Positions 8,402 to 17,642 of a stretch of 64,000 nt of DNA are shown here, piece by piece. Under the pieces are notes generated by a model. It made no database searches. It had not been told where the DNA came from and saw only the letters and a program-made list of their open reading frames with translations. How positions within the stretch are numbered: the stretch's first letter is position 1; the number at the start of each line of letters is the position of its first letter. A program made the translations under genes and the position numbers. The DNA comes from Thermoplasmata archaeon. Its GTDB lineage: Archaea; Thermoplasmatota; Thermoplasmata; UBA10834. The DNA lies in assembly GCA_041554135.1 (NCBI GenBank), contig JBFFML010000003.1:2858-66857 (forward strand), written 5' to 3'.

Positions 8402-9691
8402 ATGCAGGCCATACAAGATATCATCTCGAGGAACGCCTCCGGCGACGCGGTCGGCATCCGAGGCTGGATATACCGCACACGAAGCAGCGGAGGGATAGTC
8501 TTCGTCATCGTCAGGGACTCCTCGGGAGTCCTACAGGCGACCGTCAAGAAGGGGGAGGTTCCGGACGCCGACTTCGAAGCCGCGTCACAGGCGGGCATAG
8601 AGTCGTCGGTCGAGATCGAGGGGACGTTGGCGGAGGACAAGCGCGCGCCCGGGGGGTTCGAGGTGCGGGCGAGCACATTCCGCGTGATAGGCTCGTCGGA
8701 ACCGTTCCCGATAACGGAGTATCAGAGCACCGAGCTACTGCTGGACAAGCGACATCTGTGGATACGGTCCCGCGAGCAGACGGCCGTGACGAAGGTGAAG
8801 GCGGCGCTCGTCAAAGGCGCGAGGAAGTGGTTCGACGAGAACGGCTACATCGAGGTGACGCCGCCGATCGTGACTGGCGTGGCGCCTGAGGACAGCACGA
8901 CGTTGTTCCAGCTGAAGTACTTCGACAGGATGGCGTACCTGTCGCAGAGCGCTCAGTTCTACCTCGAATCACTGATATTCTCCTGCGAGAGGGTATGGTC
9001 CATGACCCCGTCGTTCAGGGCTGAGAAGTCCAGGACCCCCAGGCATCTCGCGGAGTACTGGCATATCGAGATGGAGGCCGCATGGCTCGATAACGAGGGC
9101 AACATGAGTGTCCAGGAGGGACTGGTGTCCTCCATGTTGGAGTGCGCTGTGAGCGAACGTCCCACCGAGCTGGAGTTCCTGGGGCGCGACCCCGCGTCGC
9201 TGAAGAAGATCGTGCCGCCCTTCGACCGCATGTCCTACGCGGAGGCGATGGACGTGCTCCGGAAGCGCGGCTTCGAGACGGATTGGGGGGCCGACCTCGG
9301 TGCGGTGGAGGAGCGCGAGCTGACCAAGGAGAGCGACATGCCGCTGTTCGTCGTCAACTACCCCAAAGAGCTGAAACCGTTCTACATGAAGGAGAACCCT
9401 GACGACCCGAGGACATACAAGAACAGCGACCTCCTGGCGCCCGAGGGCTTCGGGGAGATAGTCGGGGGGAGCGAGAGGGAGACCGATAACGCGCTGATCA
9501 TGGAGAGACTGCGCGACATCGGGGAGAGCTTCGACAACTACGAGTGGTACCTCGACCTCAGGAGATACGGCTCCGTCCCGCACTCCGGCTTCGGCCTCGG
9601 GCTCGAGAGGATCACCACCTGGGTCTGCAAGCTCGACCATATAAGGGACGCGATCCCGTTCCCCCGGACCGTCGCGAGGGTCTATCCGTAG
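8402..9691 (+). CDS. asnS: Asparaginyl-tRNA synthetase
   Basis: OB-fold RGWIYRTRSSGG; YLSQSAQFYLE; motif 2 FRAEKSRTPRHLAEYWHIEME; EIVGGSERE; motif 3 GFGLGLER. Confidence 0.93.
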   Translation: MQAIQDIISRNASGDAVGIRGWIYRTRSSGGIVFVIVRDSSGVLQATVKKGEVPDADFEAASQAGIESSVEIEGTLAEDKRAPGGFEVRASTFRVIGSSEPFPITEYQSTELLLDKRHLWIRSREQTAVTKVKAALVKGARKWFDENGYIEVTPPIVTGVAPEDSTTLFQLKYFDRMAYLSQSAQFYLESLIFSCERVWSMTPSFRAEKSRTPRHLAEYWHIEMEAAWLDNEGNMSVQEGLVSSMLECAVSERPTELEFLGRDPASLKKIVPPFDRMSYAEAMDVLRKRGFETDWGADLGAVEERELTKESDMPLFVVNYPKELKPFYMKENPDDPRTYKNSDLLAPEGFGEIVGGSERETDNALIMERLRDIGESFDNYEWYLDLRRYGSVPHSGFGLGLERITTWVCKLDHIRDAIPFPRTVARVYP

Positions 9692-9702
9692 ATGGGCCGT
9701 CC

Positions 9703-10776
9703 TCACCGGCCAGCCATTCTCGTGCAGTATTCCCTGTAGACGTCGACCGCCCTGGGTATGCTCGACACGTCGACCCACTCGTCGATCATGTGCGCTTGAG
9801 TGGGCTCGCCCGGCCCGCATACCATCAGCGTCGAGTTGTCCTGCTTGAACATGACCATCTCTGTCGCGTACGGCACGCTCAGGACGCGCGCGTCTTCGCC
9901 AACGACCTCCCTGAGGGCGCCGACGGCTGGCAGTCCCGGGTCCGTCTCGACGGGTTCCAGGAGGTGCATGACCTTCAGCTCGTATCGCAGGTCCCCAAGC
10001 CGCTCCTTCACGGCTTCGAGCAGGTCCTCTCCCGTCGTGTCCGGGGGGAATCTCGAATCCAGCTGCGCCTCGCACGCGTCGGGTATGACGTTCACCTGCG
10101 TGCCCCCACTTATCACATCCACGCACAGCGTGAGCTCCTCCGCGGGGTTGTCAGGCACCTTCAGGAGGCCCTCGATCCTCCCGAGTGCAGACATCATGTT
10201 CAGGATGGCGTTCTCTCCCAGGGTGGGCATGCTCGCGTGCGCGCTCTTCCCCGAGGTGCGTATGGAGAACTGGATCAGCCCCTTCTCACGGACCACTATG
10301 TCGAAGTCCGTGGGCTCGGCGACGACCACCGCCGGCGCGTCCTTGAGGAGATGCGCGCGGGCCACCGCGAGCGCGCCGTTCATGGTTATCTCCTCGTCGA
10401 GCGTGAGGCAGACGGAGAAGGGCACATCGTCCCGTGCTAGTCTCTCAGCGGCCAGCAGTATCGCCGCGCACCCAGCCTTCATGTCGCAAGTCCCGCGACC
10501 GTACATCCTGCCGTCGGCCATCTCCCCCTGCTCCTTGGTCCAGCCGCTCCCCAGCGGGACGGTGTCCAGGTGACCGGAGAGGACGACGCCGCCCTCGCCA
10601 TGGCTCGCGAATATCGCCGGCTTGTCGGCGTCGCCGTACTCCTCGGGCTCAAGGCCGATCCTGGCCAGCCGCTCCGAGACGAACCTCGCGAGCGGCAGCG
10701 CGTCGTCCCCCTCGGAACTCGCATGGAGGACGAGGTCCCTGAGCAGCGTCTCCGCCTCTTTCAGCAGTCCGCTCAC
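9703..10776 (-). CDS. M20/ArgE/DapE family metallopeptidase or deacylase
   Basis: SGHLDTVP, GRGTCDMKAG, DEE, AEPT, AHMIDEWV; GTG start overlaps the upstream stop. Confidence 0.9.
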   Translation of the reverse strand: MSGLLKEAETLLRDLVLHASSEGDDALPLARFVSERLARIGLEPEEYGDADKPAIFASHGEGGVVLSGHLDTVPLGSGWTKEQGEMADGRMYGRGTCDMKAGCAAILLAAERLARDDVPFSVCLTLDEEITMNGALAVARAHLLKDAPAVVVAEPTDFDIVVREKGLIQFSIRTSGKSAHASMPTLGENAILNMMSALGRIEGLLKVPDNPAEELTLCVDVISGGTQVNVIPDACEAQLDSRFPPDTTGEDLLEAVKERLGDLRYELKVMHLLEPVETDPGLPAVGALREVVGEDARVLSVPYATEMVMFKQDNSTLMVCGPGEPTQAHMIDEWVDVSSIPRAVDVYREYCTRMAGR

Positions 10777-11813
10777 CTCTTCCCCGTACCCTTCGATATG
10801 TGCGCTGCCAGCTTGACGAGGAGGCGGGACATGTCCCTGACATCCTTCAGGCTGGCGCACTCCGTCGGCGCGTGCGTATACTTCATCGGTATGCCCAGCG
10901 GCATCGCGAGCGCGCCGAACTCCTGTATCGCCGCGCCGTCGGTCGCGCCGCCCCCGGAGCCGCATTGGAGCGGTATCTTGTTCTTCCCCGCGACCTCCTC
11001 GACGAGCCTCCTCAGCTTCGGCGACGCAATGGCTGCGCTGTCGAACATCCTCATCGCGGGGCCACCGCCGATGAGTATCTTCTCGTACGTGTCGCCCTGC
11101 ATCGGCCCGTCGGTCGTTGTCATGGTGTCCACCGCGAAAACGTAGTCGGGCCTTAGCGTGAAACCTATGACCTTGGCGCCGCGCAGGCCTATCTCCTCCT
11201 GCACGCTCCACGCGAAGGTCAGCCTCGCGGGCAGGCCCATGCCCTTGACCTGGTCAAGGGCATCGAGCAACACGGCACAGCCAGCGCGGTCGTCCACGCC
11301 TCTGGAGCAGATCACGTCCTTCCCGATGTACGAGATGTCCTTCTTGAGCACCATCGGGTCGAGCACTCGTATCCCGAGCCTCTCCGTCTCCTTCCTGCTC
11401 CTCGTGCCGACGTCCACCCTGACATCCTCCCAGCTGACGACCTTCTTCCTGTCGTCGTTCTCAGTCATCAGATGCGGTGGTTTCAGCCCGAGCACGCCGG
11501 TGACCGTGCCTTTCGCCGTCTTGATCTCCACGACCCTGCCGACGAGCGTGCGGTCGTCTATGCCCCCAACCTTCCGTATCCGGAGCGAACCGTCGTCCTC
11601 CATCTTCGTGACGACGAGGCCGAGTTCGTCCATGTGTGCGACGAACACTATGTGCGGCCCCTCCGAGCCCACCGTCGTCAGGAGGTTGCCTATGTTGTCC
11701 TCCTCGACTTCGCAGCCCATCGCCTCGACCTTGGCCCTTATGTGTTCCCTTATGTCGTCCTCGTAGCCGGATACCCCGGGTATCCGTATCATCTCCTCGA
11801 TCATCTCTCTCAT
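10773..11813 (-). CDS. M42 family (TET-type) aminopeptidase
   Basis: GVSGYE, AHMDELG, DDRAGC, VQEEIGLRGA, GGGATDG, KYTHAPTE. Confidence 0.92.
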   Translation of the reverse strand: MREMIEEMIRIPGVSGYEDDIREHIRAKVEAMGCEVEEDNIGNLLTTVGSEGPHIVFVAHMDELGLVVTKMEDDGSLRIRKVGGIDDRTLVGRVVEIKTAKGTVTGVLGLKPPHLMTENDDRKKVVSWEDVRVDVGTRSRKETERLGIRVLDPMVLKKDISYIGKDVICSRGVDDRAGCAVLLDALDQVKGMGLPARLTFAWSVQEEIGLRGAKVIGFTLRPDYVFAVDTMTTTDGPMQGDTYEKILIGGGPAMRMFDSAAIASPKLRRLVEEVAGKNKIPLQCGSGGGATDGAAIQEFGALAMPLGIPMKYTHAPTECASLKDVRDMSRLLVKLAAHISKGTGKR

Positions 11814-12958
11814 CTTCGTTCCCTCCTGACGAAAGGCGTATCGACTATCTCCGCGGGCACCGTGTTGTCCCTGATGCGCACGCTCACCTCCGTTCCCAGG
11901 TCCGCGCAGTCGAAAGGCACGTAGCCAAGGGCTATCCCCTCCTTCAGCACCGGGGAGAGCGTCCCGCTCGTGACCTTGCCGATGACGGTTGAGCCGGAGA
12001 CGATGTCGTAGCTGTGCCTGGGCACCCCTCGCCCCTTCATCCTGATGCCGACCAGCTTCGGATACCCGCCCGCGAGGCGCTGTCGGGCGACGGCCTCCCT
12101 GCCTATGAAGTCGTGTCCCTCCTTGACGACCCATGGCGGCCCTGTCTGAAGCGGCGTCTGCGACCCGTCGAAATCCGTGCCGGATAGGAGCAGCCCCTTC
12201 TCCAGCCTGAGGGTGTCGCGCGCCCCGAGGCCGACCGGACGCAGCCCATGCTCCTTGCCGCGTGTCAGCAGCTCGTTCCACACCGCCACGGCCGAGGGAT
12301 TCTCGCACACGACCTCGAACCCGTCCTCGCCCGTGTAACCCGTGCGGGACAGGAACGCTGGTACACCGCGTCCCCCTTCACTCCCTCGGCCGGCGAGCAG
12401 AGGGGTGGCTGGCTCCGATGCTCGCTCCACGCGGTCTAGCTCGGCGAACGTGGCCCAGAACGGGCCGACGGACGATAGGTCTGCCGCCGTCAGCTCGGCG
12501 AGCGCGGACGCGGCGGTCGGTCCCTGGACCGCGATCGCGGACAACGCGTCCGAGAGGTCGAGCACCTCCGCCCCCTCCGAGTGCTCGACGATCCACCTGA
12601 GCATCCTCGGCGTGGTGGCAGCGTTCGGGACGACGAGGAACTCATGGTCGCCCAGCCTCGTGACGATCGTGTCATCCAGGATCCTCCCGTCCTCGTCGAG
12701 GATGTGGGAGTAGACGCACCGGCCCACGGGGGCGGACGCGACATCGTTGGTCATCAGACGCTCCATCGCCGCCTCAGCCCCGTCGCCCCTTACTATGACG
12801 TCACCCATGTGCGATACGTCGAACGCGCCGCAGCGTGACCTTACGGTCATGTGCTCGTCGATTATGGACCCGTATTGCAGCGGCATGTCCCAGCCGGCGA
12901 AGGGCATCATCCTGGCTCGGAGGGAGAGGTGCTCTGAGTGCAGCGGTGTCTCCTTCAT
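11810..12958 (-). CDS. gcvT: Glycine cleavage system aminomethyltransferase T
   Basis: FAGWDMPLQY, FDVSHMG, SRTGYTGEDGFE, GLGARDTLRLEKG. Confidence 0.93.
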   Translation of the reverse strand: MKETPLHSEHLSLRARMMPFAGWDMPLQYGSIIDEHMTVRSRCGAFDVSHMGDVIVRGDGAEAAMERLMTNDVASAPVGRCVYSHILDEDGRILDDTIVTRLGDHEFLVVPNAATTPRMLRWIVEHSEGAEVLDLSDALSAIAVQGPTAASALAELTAADLSSVGPFWATFAELDRVERASEPATPLLAGRGSEGGRGVPAFLSRTGYTGEDGFEVVCENPSAVAVWNELLTRGKEHGLRPVGLGARDTLRLEKGLLLSGTDFDGSQTPLQTGPPWVVKEGHDFIGREAVARQRLAGGYPKLVGIRMKGRGVPRHSYDIVSGSTVIGKVTSGTLSPVLKEGIALGYVPFDCADLGTEVSVRIRDNTVPAEIVDTPFVRRERR

Positions 12959-13029
12959 ACGGCGGCCATAATGATGATATCTATCCAAAAGCTTTGGCAA
13001 GCGCGCGCCCGCTCAGGCACGCGTGGCCG

Positions 13030-13599
13030 TCACCGGTACTGGTCGATGAGGCTCGTGAGGTCCTTCTCCAACGCGACACTCATCGCCGGCTGCTCGATGA
13101 CCTCGACGTTGCGCTCCAGCAGCGCGAGCTCCTTCTCGCTGAACGCGCTGGGGCTGATGGGTATGAGCACGGTCGACTTGCTCTGCATGACCTGCTCGTT
13201 GACGTGCTCCATGAACCGCAGCACCTGCTGGAAGCCGTTGTTGATCACGAGGTACTCCAGCCCGTCGATGATCACCATCGCCTTCTCGTAGCGCTCTATG
13301 AACGACGATATGATGGTGGCCAGCGTGCCTATGCTGGTCGGGTTGTGGTGGTTCTCGCCCGGTGTGTGGCTGAGCCATATCACGCGCGTGTCGCCGAGGC
13401 TGAAGGTCTCCTTCAACTTGTCCGGGAACTGCCGGGTCACGCACAGCCCCGGCACGCCGTCGGACACCTCGTTCTCGAAAAGTGCGAACGCGAGGAACGG
13501 CTTGCGCTCTCTGACTATGTAGCAGAGTCCCTGCTCAAGGTCGACAAGTTCCAGTGGGCTGTCGTCTTCGTTCAATCCGACCCTTTCCTCGCCTGTCAT
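13030..13599 (-). CDS. DUF835 domain protein (KaiC/RecA-like, inactive ATPase fold)
   Basis: GLCVTRQFP, VIWLS, VIIDGLEYLVINNGF, ISPSAFSEKELALLER; TATA-like TTTATATAA shortly upstream. Confidence 0.85.
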   Translation of the reverse strand: MTGEERVGLNEDDSPLELVDLEQGLCYIVRERKPFLAFALFENEVSDGVPGLCVTRQFPDKLKETFSLGDTRVIWLSHTPGENHHNPTSIGTLATIISSFIERYEKAMVIIDGLEYLVINNGFQQVLRFMEHVNEQVMQSKSTVLIPISPSAFSEKELALLERNVEVIEQPAMSVALEKDLTSLIDQYR

Positions 13600-13663
13600 C
13601 GGGACAGAAGCGGCGTTATATAAACGTGCCCCACGATGTCCGGAATCAGACTGCTGGCGATGC

Positions 13664-14833
13664 TCATTCTTCGCCATCCAAGACCATAGATACCTTCTGC
13701 TCGAGCACCTTCGCCGGGATGTCCAAGAGTTTGATGACGGTCGTCTTGCCTGATATGCCGGGGCCGCTCTTCTTGGCGCTCACGAGGCCGAGCGTGTCGA
13801 GATCCTTCATCAGCCCCCAGAAGGCCGTGTGCGCCCTCGGCTTCTCGCCCCGCTCCTCGCACGCCACCCTGTACGCCGTCTCCACCTCCCTGGTGGTGAC
13901 GAACGCCTTGCCCTTGGAGCTGCGCGCGATCGCGAGCAGCGTGAGCCTCTGATGGCGGTCGAGGTCGGTCAGCTTCGACTCCGTTATCGAACTGTACGCC
14001 TCCGCCTTGGCGCCTCTCACATGCTCGACGGACACCTCATCCGAGCCCTCCTCGTCGGCGAGCATGCCGGCCTTCTCAAGGATCTCTATCGCGAACCTGG
14101 CATCGCCCCACTCGGACGCCACCTCCGCGACGAGGTCGACGACGTCCTCGCCGACCGCCCCCTCCTGGAACGCCAGCTCGCCCCTCTGCGCCACTATGTC
14201 GCGCAGCTCGTCGCAGCTGTACTTGCCGAACTCGACCACGTTCGTCCGCTTGAAGGTGCTCGCGGACGCCGCGTCCATTAGGTCGAGGACGTTCTTCTGG
14301 GAGATCAGTATGAGCGATATGTGCTCCCTCCCCTCCACCTTCTCCTCGCCGAAGCGCGTGAGCTTGTATATGATGTCGGGCCCAGCCTTCTTCAGCAGCA
14401 CGTCCGCCTCGTCCAGGACGATCACGAGGTGCACCTTCCTCTTCTCGAGGTCCTTGCGCAGTATGCGCAGCATCTCCGTGATCGAGAACCCCCTGTCCGG
14501 GAAGTTCGGTTGGAAATGGTTCACCACCTGGAGGACGACGCTCGACTCGCTGTTCCTCTGCCTGCAGTTCACTATCGTCCAGTCGATGGCCTTCTGGTGC
14601 TTCTCGCCGTACTCCTTGAGGTCGATGCAGAACCGCTTGGAGGTGGCCGTCTTCCCCGTCCCGACGCTGCCCGTGAGGACCGCGTTCTGCGAGAAGTTGG
14701 AGTCGAGGACAGGCCTGAAGAGCATGATGAGCTTCTTCATCTGCTCATCCCTGTGCACCAGCTTGGGCGGCACGTAGTCGAACGAGAGCGCCCTCTGGTC
14801 CTTGAATACGCTCTTGCCTATGGTGTCCCACAT
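13664..14833 (-). CDS. cdc6: Orc1/Cdc6 replication initiator
   Basis: YVPPKLVHRDEQ, Walker A GSVGTGKT, Walker B VLDEAD, GDARFAI, C-terminal winged helix. Confidence 0.93.
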   Translation of the reverse strand: MWDTIGKSVFKDQRALSFDYVPPKLVHRDEQMKKLIMLFRPVLDSNFSQNAVLTGSVGTGKTATSKRFCIDLKEYGEKHQKAIDWTIVNCRQRNSESSVVLQVVNHFQPNFPDRGFSITEMLRILRKDLEKRKVHLVIVLDEADVLLKKAGPDIIYKLTRFGEEKVEGREHISLILISQKNVLDLMDAASASTFKRTNVVEFGKYSCDELRDIVAQRGELAFQEGAVGEDVVDLVAEVASEWGDARFAIEILEKAGMLADEEGSDEVSVEHVRGAKAEAYSSITESKLTDLDRHQRLTLLAIARSSKGKAFVTTREVETAYRVACEERGEKPRAHTAFWGLMKDLDTLGLVSAKKSGPGISGKTTVIKLLDIPAKVLEQKVSMVLDGEE

Positions 14834-15012
14834 ACGTCTCAGCCTGGCCAGCTCTCGCTAACGACTTCTCCGTATTTTAAACGATTTGCACGCCTCGTCC
14901 GCCGTCGGCGGCAGGGCAAACGATTTATCCTAATATAGCGGTCGAAGGGCACGGTGGTACAACGTCTTCTGACGACGACCTGGTCAACTCGCTCATCAAG
15001 GGCACGAAGACC

Positions 15013-15309
15013 ATGCTCAGCTCGGAGACGATACTGATCGAGGCCGTGCACGACCTCGTGCGGGACGAAGTCAAGAGGCACATAAGGCAGAAGATCGACC
15101 AGGATCCAGAGCTGAAGAAGGAACTCACGGACGCCGTGAGGATGTTGATGGACGCGAAGATCCATGAGGCCATCGCCGTGCTGAGGCTCGCGAAGGGCGG
15201 GGCGAAACTCGGACTCGCCATGGTTCCGCCAGAGCTCAGGAAGGAGATGGGACAGGAGCTCGTCAGCATGTTCGAGCAAGAAGTCGGCAAGATGCTCGAA
15301 CACGATTAG
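15013..15309 (+). CDS. Hypothetical helical protein
   Basis: Compact ORF with typical codon bias, divergent from cdc6; start may be further upstream (GTG ~14953). Confidence 0.7.
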   Translation: MLSSETILIEAVHDLVRDEVKRHIRQKIDQDPELKKELTDAVRMLMDAKIHEAIAVLRLAKGGAKLGLAMVPPELRKEMGQELVSMFEQEVGKMLEHD

Positions 15310-15326
15310 CCGAAGCCGTTCGGCTA
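15307..15326. terminator. Short hairpin between convergent genes
   Basis: TAGCCGAA-gccg-TTCGGCTA perfect inverted repeat. Confidence 0.35.
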
Positions 15327-15427
15327 CGCTGGTCAGGCGCTCGGGGCCGCGTCCGCGGTCTGGGCACGCGTGCCAAGTCCCAGTCAGCACCAGGACCGCA
15401 CGGTCGTGGCGCCCGAAGCCGGCAGCT

Positions 15428-15739
15428 TCAGCCGAACAGGGCGCTCAGGCCGGCTGCGGCTTCCTCTTCCGAGACCTTCTCTTCCTTCTTCTCCTCTTTC
15501 TTCTCTTCCTTCTTGTCTTCAGGTCCCGCGGCAGCAGGTGCCTGCGGAGCAGCAGCGGGTGCGGCTATGGCCGTGGCGATCGCCTCGTCGATGTCGACGC
15601 CCTCGAGTGCGGCGGTCAACGCCTTCACCCGGGCGGAGTCGACCTCGACGCCAGCTGACTTCAGTACTTTCGTGATGCTCTCCTCTGTCACGGGCTTCTT
15701 CGCCGCATGCAGGACCATTGCGCTGTACACATACTCCAT
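15428..15739 (-). CDS. rpl12: 50S ribosomal stalk protein aP1 (L12)
   Basis: [11 protein letters not shown]...[13 protein letters not shown]. Confidence 0.96.
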   Translation of the reverse strand: MEYVYSAMVLHAAKKPVTEESITKVLKSAGVEVDSARVKALTAALEGVDIDEAIATAIAAPAAAPQAPAAAGPEDKKEEKKEEKKEEKVSEEEAAAGLSALFG

Positions 15740-15761
15740 TCCTATGCCTCCTTCTATCAGA

Positions 15762-16781
15762 TTATCCGAACAGGGCGCTCAGGCCGGCCGCGGCCTCCTC
15801 CTCGGAGACCTTCTCGTCGTCCTTCTTGTCCTTGTCGTCCTTCTTCCCGCCCTCGGCGTCGGGCTTCTTATCGTCCTTGGCAGGCGCCGCTGGGGCGCTG
15901 CTGAGCGCGGACTTGAGCTCATCGTCGAGCGCGTCCGGCGCCCTCGACGCGAGGGAAAGCATCTGCGCCCTCGCCTTCGCGAGGGCCAGCTTGACCGTCT
16001 CGCTGTTCAGCACGCCCGCGTTCACGGCCAGGCCCAGCGCGCTGGAGTGCGCTTTCGCGAGGAGCGGTCTTATCGAGACCTCCGTCGGGTGTCCTATGAA
16101 CACCGAGAGGTTCAACGCGCCCGCGGCCGCGAACCGGACCTTGCCGAGGTACGCCGCGTCGTCGACTTCGAGCACGTCCTTGGCGAACACGGTCCCGTCC
16201 TCGAACGCCGCGCGCAGGTCGAGACCGACTGTGATAGGGAATATCTCCAACTTCGAGAGCACGAGCGCCACCTCCCTGGATATCTCGTCGCCCTCCTTGA
16301 CGAGGACCTTGTCCCGCTTGACCACGACCTTGCCCTGCTCGATGGCGGCCGGGATGCCAGCCTTCTGAAGGTCGCCGACTATGGGCCCTGGCTTGAACGG
16401 CGTGTCGCCGGCCTTGATCTCGATGTCCTCGGGACTGGTCTCGCCGCCCTTGGCGGGCATCTTCGTCTTTGTGGCGTCCAGCTGCTTGAACAGCCTGAAC
16501 GGGTTCAGCTCCGAGGTCACGATCGCGCACTGTCCGTCGACCGCGCCCGCGAGCTCCTCGATGCCCTTCCTCTTCTTGCCAGCCTCCTGCAGGGCGAGCC
16601 GGACGAGGGAGTTCTTCAACATGGTTATCTGCGCCTTGTCCCTGAGGTTGGAGCGCATAGTCTGGAACGCTGGCGCAGGGATGCCCTTGACGTCTATTAT
16701 GCCCACGACCTTGCTGGTCTCCAGCCGCGATGCCAGATTGGCGACCGCGTCCTTCTTCCATTGGGCGACATGCGCCGTCAT
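15762..16781 (-). CDS. rpl10: 50S ribosomal protein uL10 (P0)
   Basis: [22 protein letters not shown]-terminal GLSALFG. Confidence 0.96.
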   Translation of the reverse strand: MTAHVAQWKKDAVANLASRLETSKVVGIIDVKGIPAPAFQTMRSNLRDKAQITMLKNSLVRLALQEAGKKRKGIEELAGAVDGQCAIVTSELNPFRLFKQLDATKTKMPAKGGETSPEDIEIKAGDTPFKPGPIVGDLQKAGIPAAIEQGKVVVKRDKVLVKEGDEISREVALVLSKLEIFPITVGLDLRAAFEDGTVFAKDVLEVDDAAYLGKVRFAAAGALNLSVFIGHPTEVSIRPLLAKAHSSALGLAVNAGVLNSETVKLALAKARAQMLSLASRAPDALDDELKSALSSAPAAPAKDDKKPDAEGGKKDDKDKKDDEKVSEEEAAAGLSALFG

Positions 16782-16782
16782 C

Positions 16783-17421
16783 TCAGATCACCTTGAACGA
16801 CGGGCCCATCGTCGTCTTGACATAGGCCGAGCGGATGTTCTGCTTGCCTCTCTCCAGCTTCGTGGTGATCCTCCCAAGGACGACGTCGATGTTCTCCGCG
16901 AGGTGCTCCGGGGGCATGTCCTTCGCCCCGATGGGCAGGTGGAACGTCAGCTTGTCCCTGGTCCTGACGGTCACGCTCGTCCTCAGCTTCTGTATGACGG
17001 GCCCAGGGTCGGAGCCCGGCGGTATCGGCTTCGGCATCTTGCCCCTGGGAGCCAGTATTATACCCAGGCGCTTGCCGATGGTAGGCATCAACGGCGCCTC
17101 GGCGACGAAATAGTCGCTCGAGCGGGCGAACTTGCGCGCTTTGGCCTTGTCGCCCGCAAGGTCCTCTATGTCCTCGGGCTGGACGACCACGTCGGCGACG
17201 CCTTTCGCCTTCACGGCCATCTCGGAACCCCCGAACACGCCCACCTTGACCTGCTTCCCCCGTCCGTGAGGCAGGACGATGTCCTCCTGGATACGATTCT
17301 TGGGGTTCGACAGGTCTATGTCCTTCAGGTTGATCGCGAGCTCGACAGTCTCGAGAAAATTGCGCTTCTTCGATTCCGCCTGAAGCTTCTTGATTACATC
17401 GATAAGCCGCTGGTCAGTCAC
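16783..17421 (-). CDS. rpl1: 50S ribosomal protein uL1
   Basis: KRNFLETVELAINLKDID, LAPRGKMPKP, YVKTTMGPS. Confidence 0.96.
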   Translation of the reverse strand: MTDQRLIDVIKKLQAESKKRNFLETVELAINLKDIDLSNPKNRIQEDIVLPHGRGKQVKVGVFGGSEMAVKAKGVADVVVQPEDIEDLAGDKAKARKFARSSDYFVAEAPLMPTIGKRLGIILAPRGKMPKPIPPGSDPGPVIQKLRTSVTVRTRDKLTFHLPIGAKDMPPEHLAENIDVVLGRITTKLERGKQNIRSAYVKTTMGPSFKVI

Positions 17422-17482
17422 TTCGTATCCCTCCGGTGTAGTCCGTGCGAGCGCTTGGCTCTCCTACATTCCTAGGGAAGTG
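17419..17482 (-). promoter_or_regulatory. Putative uL1-binding autoregulatory mRNA hairpin in the rpl1 leader
   Basis: UGUAGGAGAGC...GCUC...GGACUACA core; outer CACUUC pairs with GAAGUG, which contains the GUG start; TATA near 17499-17506. Confidence 0.65.
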
Positions 17483-17642
17483 AGCGAATGCGGCGGTTGT
17501 TTATAAGCCTTTTGGGCCCCCCTCCCGCCGTGCTGGCTGTATCTTTGGCCACTGGAGCGACCGCACTCGTCGTCGACCGGTTGGGAATGATTTAACCGCA
17601 TTAAACGCAATCCCCTTCGGTCTGCATAGGGAGGAACCACTC

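Noticed and set aside
8402..9691. Coexistence of AsnRS with GatDE
   Set aside because: Expected: direct Asn charging with transamidation for Gln is common in archaea.
14834..15012. Possible replication origin upstream of cdc6
   Set aside because: Short spacer with promoter-like boxes only; no ORB repeats or extended AT-rich element.
15428..15815. DNA direct repeat at the ends of rpl12 and rpl10
   Set aside because: Known shared factor-binding C-terminus ([13 protein letters not shown]) of archaeal stalk proteins.
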